Assembly (NCBI GenBank): GCA_964647565.1
Contig: CAZYIM010000004.1
Location: 44,322-98,303 of the forward strand
Direction: 5' to 3'
Length of the DNA stretch: 53,982 bases
Source of the DNA: an uncultured Methanosarcinales archaeon
GTDB taxonomy: Archaea; Nanobdellota; Nanobdellia; Woesearchaeales; CAZYIM01
A model generated the notes under the pieces. It did no database searches. It saw only the letters and a program-made list of their open reading frames with translations, and was not told the DNA's origin. Below, piece by piece: positions 37,701 to 45,741 of this stretch (the first letter of the stretch is position 1; the number at the start of each line of letters is the position of its first letter). A program made the translations under genes and the position numbers.

Positions 37701-40700
37701 TGCTGCAGATCCTCATATAACAGATACTAGTGGAGGCTCAACTTTTAATGTTGTTTTGGATGCTACTAATATTGACGGTTTTGATAGCGAAACCAAGATC
37801 ATTAATCCATCCGCAGTTCAATACTGCCCTGGAGCAGCTCCTCCTATTGCCAACTATTCTTACTGCAAACTGAGTGAAACTTCCTCTACAGTGACTGTCA
37901 AGTTCAATGATACATCCACCAACAATCCTACTTCGTGGGACTGGGACTTCGGTGATGAATCTTCACATGGAACTGTGTCTGATCTTACTCATAAGTACGG
38001 TAGGTTTATGTTTGAATCCTGGCCAACCAGATTAAGGATAACTTATAACACTGCTTCTGCTAACGCATTGCAGGACGTTCCTGTCTTAGTTGAGTTGACA
38101 CCTGGACTTATCGATTATAATGATTTTAAATCTGGTGGCGCTGATATAAGATTCACAGATTCTGATGGTAATACAGAGCTTGATTATGAGATTGAACTTT
38201 GGAATCCTGGCGGTACATCTATCATCTGGGTTAAGATACCTTCAATAGCTGCTTCAGAGACAAGCCATTCAATATGGATGTATTACGGCAACAGCAATGC
38301 CAATCCTGGCGAGAATCCATCAGGTGTCTGGGATGATAATTTTGTTGGAGTCTATCATCTGGCAACTCCCGGAGCAATTGCTTATGACTCGAAGAATGGA
38401 TACAATGCCGATGTCCGTGCAGACAGGCCGAACAGATATCCTGGTATGTTCGGAACAGGTTATAGCTATCAGCTTAATTTAGATAGCTACGCAGCTAGTA
38501 GGGCTCCAAGAGGTGTTGGGACTATGGAGGCATGGATTAATAGGAAATGGGCCAATGATGATCCCAATGACTATGGAATTGCAGCTGTCTATTGGGCTAA
38601 TGATATGTGGAGGATGATGTGGAGAGGAAGCACAGCTAACTGTGGCAGGCATTTCTGGACAGAGGCCCGTTCAGCTGATTATGGAGTAGCTTGGTGTGAT
38701 GGCTGCACTGATCATGTCAATGTCTATCCAGAACAAGGAGTCTGGGGTTATCTTGTAGGAACTTGGGACAGCTCATATGTCAGGACATATGTTGATGGCC
38801 GTAGATGCGGATCTGTGGGAGGGATAGCTCCATGGACCCAAGCCCCTCTCCGATGGAGAATGGGCTGGCACAGCACTTCATCGGGTACTTTTGATGAGTT
38901 GAGAGTATCCAATATTGCTCGATCTCAAGACTGGATAGACTTCCAGCACTGTGTCATGACTAGTAGTTGTACAAGTTATGGATCTCCTGCAACAGTAACA
39001 GTGGATAATCAGTTTGATACTTCCTTGACTGCAACGAATCAAGGTGGCTTTGATACAGAACTAAAAACAATTGATTTGAATACAATACAAGATTGTCAGT
39101 TTGTTCAGCCTCCTGTTGCTAACTATACCTATTGCAAATTAAATGAGACGCCCATTAACATGACGATTAATTTTAAGGATATTTCAACCCACACATCCAC
39201 TGACTGGGATTGGGATTTTGGGGATGGAACAACAGATAACGGAACTCAGCATCCTGAGCATACATATGCAGATACAGGCAGTTATGACTCTGGTAAGATT
39301 GATGCTGCAATGGGAATGGATCCCAGCTTTGACGAGTGTTATATTATATTTAATCCCGCTTCTTGCACAGGCTTTAACTATACTGCTGTTTGCGAAGAGC
39401 CTTCATGTACCTATCCTCCTCTTCCCTGGAAAACATTATTTGCAGTTAGAACAGATGCTATTCCTACACACTGGCCTCTTCAAGGCTATAATACAACTAA
39501 TATATTTGGATACGGAGTTTTAATTGCTAAATTTTTCTGGTTTGAGCGCTATGTACCGCAGGATATTTCTCCTGGAGACTATTATGTTGAAATAAATGCC
39601 TTTGGAGAGATTGGTGAGGATGATGAGATCGTAACCATAAGCATAAATGCTGATCAGAACCAGACATCTGGAGATATATGGGATGCTCCTGACTGGGGTC
39701 ATTACTCCCAGAAATGCGTCTACCCGAACAAGTTCACCATAGTACCCGGTGATAAGATAAGGTTCTCTGCTAGGGAGAATAATGGCAGCATTCACTATGA
39801 CTGGTATAGGATAAAAGCCCGCATTGAGCCAGGAGATATAAGCTGTGCAACTGGAAATCCTCTTGTGCCAGGGCCGCTCAATGTAGAATATAATGTTACC
39901 TTGGCAGCCACTAATGCTGCGGGAGCAGATAGCGAAAGGAAGGAGATCAATCTGACACAGGTATCCTGGTGTACTGCACCTCCACAGACAGTTGCTGATT
40001 TCAGCTATTGTATGTTGGGAGAGACTGTTGATACTGTAACCATACAGTTTACTGATACTTCCACACAGAATCCCACTGGATGGTCATGGAACTTTGGTGA
40101 CAGCCACACCAGCATTTTGCAAAATCCTGTGAATGTGTTCTTAAGAGGCACGTATAATGTTAATCTCTCTGTGACTGCAGCATATTCAACTGACTCTGTA
40201 CTCAGGAATATAGCTGTGAATGATGCTCCGCTATGTTCAGATCCATCAAATCTGCCACCCAACAAAAAAATCCTGATAATTACAGACGGCACAACTAATA
40301 CTTTGATTGATGGGTCTCAAGATCAAGATCTGGCTGTCCAGGAAGCCCTGACTCATGCATGCAGCAGCAATGCCAATTCAGCCAAATCATTAGGTGTGCC
40401 AATATTTATAATAGGAATAGGTCCTGATCTGGCTAACCAGACACATCTAGAGCGTATCGCGAAATGTACAAATGGCGAATACTTCAGGGTGGACAGCAGT
40501 ATTACGATCCAACAAGTCAGGGATAAGATTTTCAACTGGCTCTTTGCTGAAGAATTCCCTACAACATCAATAGATGTGTCTGCGGACTCTGTAGGTGAAT
40601 GGGATATGAGCAGAATGCAGGTTGCAGATGTGAGATGGTCTGATGATATGTGTGCTGAAAATCTTACTTATTGCATAGGTAATGATCCTGGTTTTACATA

Positions 40701-41277
40701 TGTTGGCTGTAGTGACTTTAGAACAGGCCTAAATGCTTATATCAATGCTCAGTGCAATAATGTTGTAGGCTGCACTGTTGAGGTACCGATCAATATCAGC
40801 TCACCGACAAGGGGCAATCTAACCCTTTATGAATTCTCGATTGAACTGCCTTGTTGTCAGGAGAATGCCACTTGCCAAAGATTTGATGATACCCTAGAAG
40901 GGATTTATGGGACCTGCTGCCATGATGATACATATTATCAAGCAAATAACTATAGGATGTACTGTAGTATGGGCATAGATGATACAACCATATTAGGAAC
41001 CGAAGGCCACTGTTGTCGCTTAGGATTTTATTGGAACTCTACACTTAACAGGTGTATTAATGCTACAACCTGTTTTGACCTTCCATGTCCGCATCAATAC
41101 AACTCAATAGAGTATTGGAAAACTGGCAACTGTTTCATCGGCAACAGTTCAAGCTCACACATCAGACCTTTCGAAGGTTCTTGTTGTCCAAATTTCAGGT
41201 ATGGATATCCCTATATGGCCACTCCCATTGCAGATTTCAGATACTACTATGATCCTGTTCAGATTTATCTGAGCTAA
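31783..41277 (+). CDS. Giant (~3,160 aa) secreted multidomain surface protein: Cys-rich, FN3/Ig, 5 PKD-like, 2x DUF2341+LamG-like, Gly-rich, C-terminal part of a vWA domain
   Basis: Signal peptide from MNKNTL; WDWDFGDG repeats; DIR..D.DG..LDYEIE..W(V)(R/K)IP DUF2341 motifs; DEFRISS/DELRVSN LamG ends; ILIITDG...IFIIGIG vWA half. Confidence 0.9.
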   Translation: MNKNTLYKRLTTLFVVSLLLIVLSYSATGEYYPTMNTDDPDCTDNYNDEDWLWACQTFRSGCNAVYCTDGSCDCNMGNNCCCTQEICTDKLDNDCDGGTDYCDSGCGCPFGSEFGCTACARCTVDSATVVVGEPVTFTLFIGFGTAPPSSRIQFGDGASSVGSYGSGSTVVHSYNNVGTWDPYFEPVVTFQETGSSISCPTITVESPDTTPPSTPTAVSPSGFTTDHTPAFDWTSSTDASGIDYYQVRWHSGYGCSNQISSVNTASTTTSYTISTSMSDGSYSFEARARDNGGLWSSFSSCMDFTITTVHDCNWCMQWNNDPSNCPSGASEDCWYYYSDNYCLKKTMVWDGGSCVNAQSCTDDETPNNLYSRGSATGNLEYSLLSGTYQDSCSSNGIGSEPDIIQADCTYRSGSDITFVTYTNNDNCFSSISWDANYVWAQGAVCRSGACASCYPSDGSKTCSNDGNCNLISDNVWFSYTVDAMRPMRCEPEMQCTNGRCCELGEVWSGSSCGTPPPPPPPPPAAPTVDSLYCPGCLPGQCEVRFTDNSNNEDGFRLYVSSGQNWGDSPNWGSAVLRTIHFSIGGTGSTSTMTDTSNNQLYPTSYCYWIAAYNAGGQSGVVPAGCDFFFNNVANLRSTGQSTNSLNWAWDAVSGATDYRVLNDCYLGLGLHSGTTWTMNQNWEWNGFGWCGNNLLNLADGTSYQISLIPERWESGSLVNSGCMSGFAGGTTDTVIPVPVTSLTCPTSSDWSDAGHNTATFLATNSPDAFECSIDSNPWVACSSPQAYPSLNSPSNPSMHSLRVRAHNSQGWGSAAQCSWWIGISPSVNSMIVEGTPRSTIVDGSNVIQSYVPNSDGTVDISWTVSDNSGGQSANSGVQYVRVLRYNNQGGFPGSPDLATETEVTVATAPASTYTWSSSFTDGSLASGIYWYSIELRDNADIDTTPSVTLAPIPVQVTLPLPPVADFSYCKLSQTATTVDIEFSDLSTNTPTSWDWDFGDGSSHSSLQNPVHTYNTGSGGQPANWWNALWLSRINVTFDMSGISENLNNVPVLVELDSTRVEYSEILPNGDDIRVIDDDGTVLDYEIEKFDSSGTTVLWVRIPSITASESEHVIWIYYNNPVAGAGEDAQNVWTNNYVNVWHLGGTGNDQVWESVSGSYREPIDSTWNWNSIDGKIGNALERQFVQNSPFRCITSDQQSLDDYTIQFWYKGIPDGNPGFQYNGLIVWATNWQSLVIGSWLPNANTPHYLDFVSFNFIGGYIQREFLTPSNIIGDHTWDMMTVVMDYQGAPPYEDETTVRVLRNGQALINQNSNFYYDNAGSDTGFLKLGTWGQLDQMHSLIDEFRISSVQRSDNWAAFQYCVMEGGCVSYSQNPAKALTLIATNVAGSDSEVKPFDPSSVQYCPGAQPPVANFSYCKLNETGTTVGIEFTDLSTSNPTSWDWDFGDGTPHSSLQNPGHTFSVSSSSAFFGDGSDGSVVINGPVNINTQTITVSRSEPDGVVSVVSDVGVNSVTVADASGFYTDDMVLLMNLQGTSGDSVNVGNYEFIPVASVVGNVITFTADIAQTYGSPASQNIILQRVPQYDDVTVTGSGVLTANGFDGSTGGVVAFFASGTLNVQSGGRIDVSARGFRGGSSSGPEGHTGRTTTGGGAGGSGSAGEPSGAGYGGDGIATGGGAGGAGGISGNDCPPNGRVNHAGGNGDSGGGDGGDAGCQNDPGIPPATPIYWNGGSGVSGSSTSPGRGGGGGGGGPSAGGAGGGAAPFNSETNDATATLSRIMLGGGSAGGAGGGGAGGCGRSGTNGGAGSGGSAVGTPGSAGSNSPQCNGPFATAGTVGGSGNAGGGMVMIIADTVNIVGTVNSNGGQGGAGGDGGDGGSGGGGGINNGAGAGGGGGADGAAGGSIYIYGDTVALGSNDVIATGGAGGSGGTGGSDGNGWNADSGSGGNGGSGSSGSVGKIAVKGTTSVTGNTNPAYNVAADPHITDTSGGSTFNVVLDATNIDGFDSETKIINPSAVQYCPGAAPPIANYSYCKLSETSSTVTVKFNDTSTNNPTSWDWDFGDESSHGTVSDLTHKYGRFMFESWPTRLRITYNTASANALQDVPVLVELTPGLIDYNDFKSGGADIRFTDSDGNTELDYEIELWNPGGTSIIWVKIPSIAASETSHSIWMYYGNSNANPGENPSGVWDDNFVGVYHLATPGAIAYDSKNGYNADVRADRPNRYPGMFGTGYSYQLNLDSYAASRAPRGVGTMEAWINRKWANDDPNDYGIAAVYWANDMWRMMWRGSTANCGRHFWTEARSADYGVAWCDGCTDHVNVYPEQGVWGYLVGTWDSSYVRTYVDGRRCGSVGGIAPWTQAPLRWRMGWHSTSSGTFDELRVSNIARSQDWIDFQHCVMTSSCTSYGSPATVTVDNQFDTSLTATNQGGFDTELKTIDLNTIQDCQFVQPPVANYTYCKLNETPINMTINFKDISTHTSTDWDWDFGDGTTDNGTQHPEHTYADTGSYDSGKIDAAMGMDPSFDECYIIFNPASCTGFNYTAVCEEPSCTYPPLPWKTLFAVRTDAIPTHWPLQGYNTTNIFGYGVLIAKFFWFERYVPQDISPGDYYVEINAFGEIGEDDEIVTISINADQNQTSGDIWDAPDWGHYSQKCVYPNKFTIVPGDKIRFSARENNGSIHYDWYRIKARIEPGDISCATGNPLVPGPLNVEYNVTLAATNAAGADSERKEINLTQVSWCTAPPQTVADFSYCMLGETVDTVTIQFTDTSTQNPTGWSWNFGDSHTSILQNPVNVFLRGTYNVNLSVTAAYSTDSVLRNIAVNDAPLCSDPSNLPPNKKILIITDGTTNTLIDGSQDQDLAVQEALTHACSSNANSAKSLGVPIFIIGIGPDLANQTHLERIAKCTNGEYFRVDSSITIQQVRDKIFNWLFAEEFPTTSIDVSADSVGEWDMSRMQVADVRWSDDMCAENLTYCIGNDPGFTYVGCSDFRTGLNAYINAQCNNVVGCTVEVPINISSPTRGNLTLYEFSIELPCCQENATCQRFDDTLEGIYGTCCHDDTYYQANNYRMYCSMGIDDTTILGTEGHCCRLGFYWNSTLNRCINATTCFDLPCPHQYNSIEYWKTGNCFIGNSSSSHIRPFEGSCCPNFRYGYPYMATPIADFRYYYDPVQIYLS

Positions 41278-41341
41278 ATTGCGTTCAAAAACGAAAAATA
41301 GTTAAAAAAAGGGAATTAACTTATATTATCGGGGGTGCCTT

Positions 41342-42157
41342 ATGAATAATGTTATAGTATTTCTTGGTACGGGGGGAGACCCTATTGTAGTTGGAAAACA
41401 AGTGAGAGCTTCTGGTGGCATTATGTTGCTTATAGATGGTAATCAATTTATTCTAGATCCTGGTCCTGGAGCACTTATCAGAGCCAAACAGTATGATGTC
41501 AACCTAAGGGAGACTATTGCTGTATTTGTTTCTCATAACCACATACTTCATTGTAATGATATTAACGCAGTGATATCCGCCATGACCTATGGAGGTATGG
41601 ACAGCCACGGTGTTATTATTGCAGATGAAGCCACTTTGCAGGGGAATGAAGAAGAGAAACCTTACATAACAAGATATCACAAGAATCTTTTAGAAAAGGC
41701 CATAGTCATGAAACCCGGTACCAAGATTGGTGTTAATAACATCAATATTTATGGAACGCGGACAACCCATTGTCCAGGATCTGTAGGATTTCAGTTTTGC
41801 CACGAGCGGTATAAAGTTTCTTATACAGGAGATACAGAATATTCTGAGGATCTGGCTGAGGATCATAAAGGCTCAAGTATTTTGATAATTAACTGTAGGA
41901 ATCCTTTTTCCATCCAGGAAAAGGGTTATCTGAATTCGGATGATGCTGTTGCTTTGGTTAAGAAAGTCAAACCCAAATTAGCTATCATAACACATTTCGG
42001 TATCAAGATGATCGAGGCAGATCCTTTGGTAGAGGCCAGGGAGATACATAAACAGACAGGCGTTCAGATAATTGCTGCTAAGGATGGGTTAGCAGTTAAT
42101 CCGACGTCATACTCTTCAAGCACCAGACATAAGACTCTTGAGTCATTCTCTAAATAA
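41342..42157 (+). CDS. MBL-fold metallo-hydrolase
   Basis: FLGTGG, LDPGPG, SHNHILHCND, YTGDT, ITHFG. Confidence 0.9.
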   Translation: MNNVIVFLGTGGDPIVVGKQVRASGGIMLLIDGNQFILDPGPGALIRAKQYDVNLRETIAVFVSHNHILHCNDINAVISAMTYGGMDSHGVIIADEATLQGNEEEKPYITRYHKNLLEKAIVMKPGTKIGVNNINIYGTRTTHCPGSVGFQFCHERYKVSYTGDTEYSEDLAEDHKGSSILIINCRNPFSIQEKGYLNSDDAVALVKKVKPKLAIITHFGIKMIEADPLVEAREIHKQTGVQIIAAKDGLAVNPTSYSSSTRHKTLESFSK

Positions 42158-42182
42158 TCTTATCTAATAGCTCTATTAAGAT

Positions 42183-43139
42183 CTAGATAAGTATAGCTAT
42201 TAAATAGCCAATAAAACATCCTGCAGAAAGAATAGGCATAGCAGGGTAGAATTTATCTCTCTTAGCCAGGAAAAATAACAGGGCTAATGATATTGTTACT
42301 GCTATTACTATTATTAGAGATTGCAGAAAGGCTCCTGTGATAGTTGTGCCCGTTCTGATGAATGACTCCATTACAACGCCTGTGAACAATAGAGGGAAGG
42401 CTATGTCTCCACCTCCTAAGATCGCAGTTCTTGGTCCTGTTTCTGTTTTAGCCTCTTTAGAAGTTTTTGGAGGAAGAGGGATCTTTTTTATTTCGACTTT
42501 TTTAGGAGGTCTGAGTTCGATATCCTCTTTTTTGATTGCTTTGGATGAATATGGTATCAACAAGCCTGCAAAGATCTTGGACTTGGTCTGGAACTTGGCC
42601 ATCTTGATCATGTGTTTACTCTTCCGAACAGCAATGAAATCATAGATAGATATGGCGATCAATAGAATAGAGCACCACAGTACATTCAGGATAGGTACTA
42701 GCAGGACAGCAATGCCTGCATAAGTCAAGATTTCTATAATATTGTGCAGGAAAAGATTGTATCTCCATATCTTGATTATAGCCAGAATCACTCCTAAAAT
42801 GATGGCGACAAGTTTGGGTAAAAAAATCCCTAATGAAATGGAGGTTGCAATAAATATGGCCAGGAAGAACCATATCTTCATGATATTTACCTTGCCAAAC
42901 TTGATTATCAGAAGCAATAAAACAGTTCCTATTCCTAAACCTAGCACTATATATAAAAAAGAGCCCGCACCTTGCGTCTCAGGTCTGGGACCCACCACAG
43001 TATCTCCGTGGTGGATAACAATTGTTCCGTTGATTTCCTCCAGGCTGGTTATACTTTTGCTGATCAAAGTCAAACCTACCAGTTGTGTGATCAAAAAGAT
43101 AACTATTAGCGTCAGAGTTATGACCAGGGAGTGCTTCAT
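42183..43139 (-). CDS. Presenilin/signal peptide peptidase-like intramembrane aspartyl protease
   Basis: SIYDFIAV, LGGGD, PAMP motifs; multi-TM. Confidence 0.92.
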   Translation of the reverse strand: MKHSLVITLTLIVIFLITQLVGLTLISKSITSLEEINGTIVIHHGDTVVGPRPETQGAGSFLYIVLGLGIGTVLLLLIIKFGKVNIMKIWFFLAIFIATSISLGIFLPKLVAIILGVILAIIKIWRYNLFLHNIIEILTYAGIAVLLVPILNVLWCSILLIAISIYDFIAVRKSKHMIKMAKFQTKSKIFAGLLIPYSSKAIKKEDIELRPPKKVEIKKIPLPPKTSKEAKTETGPRTAILGGGDIAFPLLFTGVVMESFIRTGTTITGAFLQSLIIVIAVTISLALLFFLAKRDKFYPAMPILSAGCFIGYLIAILI

Positions 43140-43173
43140 GGTTTAGTTTGGAAGAGGGAGGTTTATAAAGTTA

Positions 43174-43280
43174 ATGAAAACCGAAGGTTTTCATAACTTC
43201 AGAAAAATGAAGTTTTTATGTAAGTTACTGAATTGGTCTAGCCAATTCTGAACTTTAAAATTGTTTTTCACAATTTTAAA
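43174..43280. repeat. Cluster of four tandem palindromes (REP/MITE-like)
   Basis: ATGAAAACC-GAA-GGTTTTCAT; AACTTCA/TGAAGTT; GAATTGG/CCAATTC; TTTAAAATTGT/ACAATTTTAAA. Confidence 0.7.
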
Positions 43281-43345
43281 AGTTTTCTTAGTATTATTGT
43301 GTAGATTCAATAAAATTTATTAACCTTGTACTTTTAACTCAATTC

Positions 43346-43792
43346 ATGAAACTAGCAAACTCTGTTCATATCTCTGTGTTTTCTAAATCAGATGATGTCG
43401 AAGAGGTTGTTAAAGCTGTACTTATTGAACTCTTTCCCTTTGATCTTGAAAAGGAGAAGATCAAGCTTTCCAGACAGAAATCAGAGGGTTTCCAAGACAA
43501 GCATATAATCATCTTTGAAGTTGTTCTTGGCAAGGACAGGCACATGAATGCCTTTCTTGACTCTCTGGCTTTGAAACTTTCTAAAGATCAAAAAGAGCTA
43601 TTGTTAAAGCAGGAGAATCGTCTTGATGATCATTTGAACTTTTTCATTCGTCTGGACAAGAAGGCTCTTATTGATGGTGTGTTCCATCTGACTGATACTG
43701 GAGAATGCTTTCATATCAAGATAAATATTGCTGCATTTCCAAGAAAAAAAGATTTAGCCTGGACAGTTATCAGAAGTATTTTCTCAATTTAG
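43346..43792 (+). CDS. Archaeal RNA-binding domain protein (DUF54-like)
   Basis: FFIRLDKKAL...HIKINIAAFP motif. Confidence 0.75.
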   Translation: MKLANSVHISVFSKSDDVEEVVKAVLIELFPFDLEKEKIKLSRQKSEGFQDKHIIIFEVVLGKDRHMNAFLDSLALKLSKDQKELLLKQENRLDDHLNFFIRLDKKALIDGVFHLTDTGECFHIKINIAAFPRKKDLAWTVIRSIFSI

Positions 43793-43831
43793 GTATTGAT
43801 TTTTGGACGAATGTTGTTGTCTTGAGGGGGA

Positions 43832-44305
43832 TTACCTTATCTCTATTTCGATATTCTGTTCTTTCATATAAGTATCAGGTCCTACAGTTGAGTACATTAT
43901 TTTAAGTCGATGTATTCCTTTTTTAATCTCCTTTCCATTCCCAAGGTCAACATCGCTTAGGGCTATTGTAATGTTTGGTTGGTATTTTATGTTATCAGGT
44001 TTTTCGCACTCCTTGTATGTTGGATAAACATGAATCCAGTAGTTCTCTTTTTGTTGCAATAGCGCAAAAGGAATCCCGCAAAAGGAATATAGATTAATTT
44101 CCCCTGTGTAATTGCTGACTTGATTGATTACAATACTATCATCTAATGAGTAGATGTTTTTATCAAGACTCCAGTTGATGATTTCGCCATAATCAATCTC
44201 TGTTTCATTTTCAAAGCTTTTTGGTTGCTCAGTGTTATCGCAGCCCATAAAAGAAACACAAGCAAGAGATATCAGTAACAATAAGATAATTATTTTGTTT
44301 TTCAT
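43832..44305 (-). CDS. Secreted/lipoprotein-like protein with Ig-like domain
   Basis: Signal peptide ending FMGC. Confidence 0.65.
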   Translation of the reverse strand: MKNKIIILLLLISLACVSFMGCDNTEQPKSFENETEIDYGEIINWSLDKNIYSLDDSIVINQVSNYTGEINLYSFCGIPFALLQQKENYWIHVYPTYKECEKPDNIKYQPNITIALSDVDLGNGKEIKKGIHRLKIMYSTVGPDTYMKEQNIEIEIR

Positions 44306-44904
44306 GTTGGTTCACCAATTTTGAATGTATTATTGATTTTAATGACCTCAACATCTTGACCCTTAAGATCATATTCTTTGTAATTTGTCAAGACCTCGAT
44401 TGCATTATGAGTTTGCGTTGGAGTGTACCCAATTACAAAAAGAAGCCAGACATCATTGTGGTCAACTATTCTTATCAATGCTTGTTCTGGTTTCATTGAC
44501 AGACAGTCAACATATATGTTGACAAACCTATTGTGAGGCTCCTGGTTGCAGCTTCCTATGAGCATGGCATTTTGCAGCCCGAGGTTGGAGTATTTTGGAT
44601 ATTTTTTTATGGATTCTACGGGTATATTTCCAGGATCCTTGTCAATTCCAGAAAAGAATAATAAAAGTTCATCTGCAGATTTAAAATCTTCTTCATCTGC
44701 AAGTTCATCTACTATGATTACACTATTAAAAGAGTTGTTGTCATCCAAGAAAAATTGAGGAAAGAACTTAAGGTCCTTTTCAAGAGTTATGCTTTCTTCT
44801 TTATTTTTATTTTCTATCGTGGCACTTTTTATAAAAACCATGACAATAAGTAAAATTAATAAGACCATAACTACGATTGTTATTAATAAGTAATTCTTTT
44901 TCAT
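44302..44904 (-). CDS. Single-TM protein with S-layer C-terminal-like domain
   Basis: FPQFFL...IIVDELA..ED..SA, NAMLIGSC...N, LFVIGYTP..T..A..VL.NY..Y.L. Confidence 0.6.
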   Translation of the reverse strand: MKKNYLLITIVVMVLLILLIVMVFIKSATIENKNKEESITLEKDLKFFPQFFLDDNNSFNSVIIVDELADEEDFKSADELLLFFSGIDKDPGNIPVESIKKYPKYSNLGLQNAMLIGSCNQEPHNRFVNIYVDCLSMKPEQALIRIVDHNDVWLLFVIGYTPTQTHNAIEVLTNYKEYDLKGQDVEVIKINNTFKIGEPT

Positions 44905-45007
44905 TTTTAAATAAAAAATTATTTAAATATAATTGGGTTCCCTTTTAGGTATTCGACTTAAACTTTTAAATTTTATTATTGAGTATGTTTTGGGGGAGTG
45001 ACTTTAA

Positions 45008-45730
45008 ATGGGTATGAAAAAAAATTATAAGTTAATTATTGTGATTCCTATTGTTATTTTATTATTGTTAGCTCTGTTTTTATTCTTGAATCATAAGGAT
45101 AAGCAAGACGAGTTGACAAAAATATATTCAACATTCACATGTAATTGTTGTGAAGGTTCACTTATGGCTAATAAGGAATTTTGTGCACGTGGAATAAAGG
45201 AAGAAATTAAGGAGATGCAGACTTTGGGAATACGCGGAGCAGAACTTTTTGATGAAACAACCCAATTACTTGGTATCGAAAATATTATTGATGTGCCTCT
45301 TAGAACTAAAACACACAATAATTTTGTGCTTAATCCGCCCTCTTCAAGGGCAATAATTGAGCTCAACGAGGACCATATAACATTTGGAAATGTTTCTGAA
45401 TCAAAGACTGCATTTGTCATGAAAGATTTTAAAGTTAAAAATGCTGGACAAGAAGATCTTTTCATCTATCAGGTTACAACATCTTGTAGCTGCCTTACAG
45501 CAAAATTTGTAAATGAGCAACAAGAGAGTCCGCATTATGGCAGATTCAGTTTTCCATATGGACTGACAATAAAGATTGAACCTGGAGAAGATATACTATT
45601 GCGTGTCACTTATGATTCGAGAGTGAACAGCTATTTTAGAGGTTTCGAGACCAGATTTGTGTATATCCATTCAAATGATGTTTTAATGTACACAAAGCAG
45701 ATATCAATAGATGTTAATCATATAGATTAG
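45008..45730 (+). CDS. Membrane-anchored protein: Cys-motif domain plus DUF1573-like Ig domain
   Basis: CNCC...C after the TM; FKVKNAG..L.I..VTTSCSCL, IEPGE, IHSND. Confidence 0.7.
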   Translation: MGMKKNYKLIIVIPIVILLLLALFLFLNHKDKQDELTKIYSTFTCNCCEGSLMANKEFCARGIKEEIKEMQTLGIRGAELFDETTQLLGIENIIDVPLRTKTHNNFVLNPPSSRAIIELNEDHITFGNVSESKTAFVMKDFKVKNAGQEDLFIYQVTTSCSCLTAKFVNEQQESPHYGRFSFPYGLTIKIEPGEDILLRVTYDSRVNSYFRGFETRFVYIHSNDVLMYTKQISIDVNHID

Positions 45731-45741
45731 GAGGGATAATA

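Noticed and set aside
36622..37720. Pro-rich antisense and alternative-frame ORFs
   Set aside because: Shadows of the Gly-codon-rich sense strand
31783..41277. Intein, toxin domain or diversity-generating-retroelement target in the giant protein
   Set aside because: No Hint motifs, no recognisable toxin domain, and no reverse transcriptase or TR/VR pair in the window
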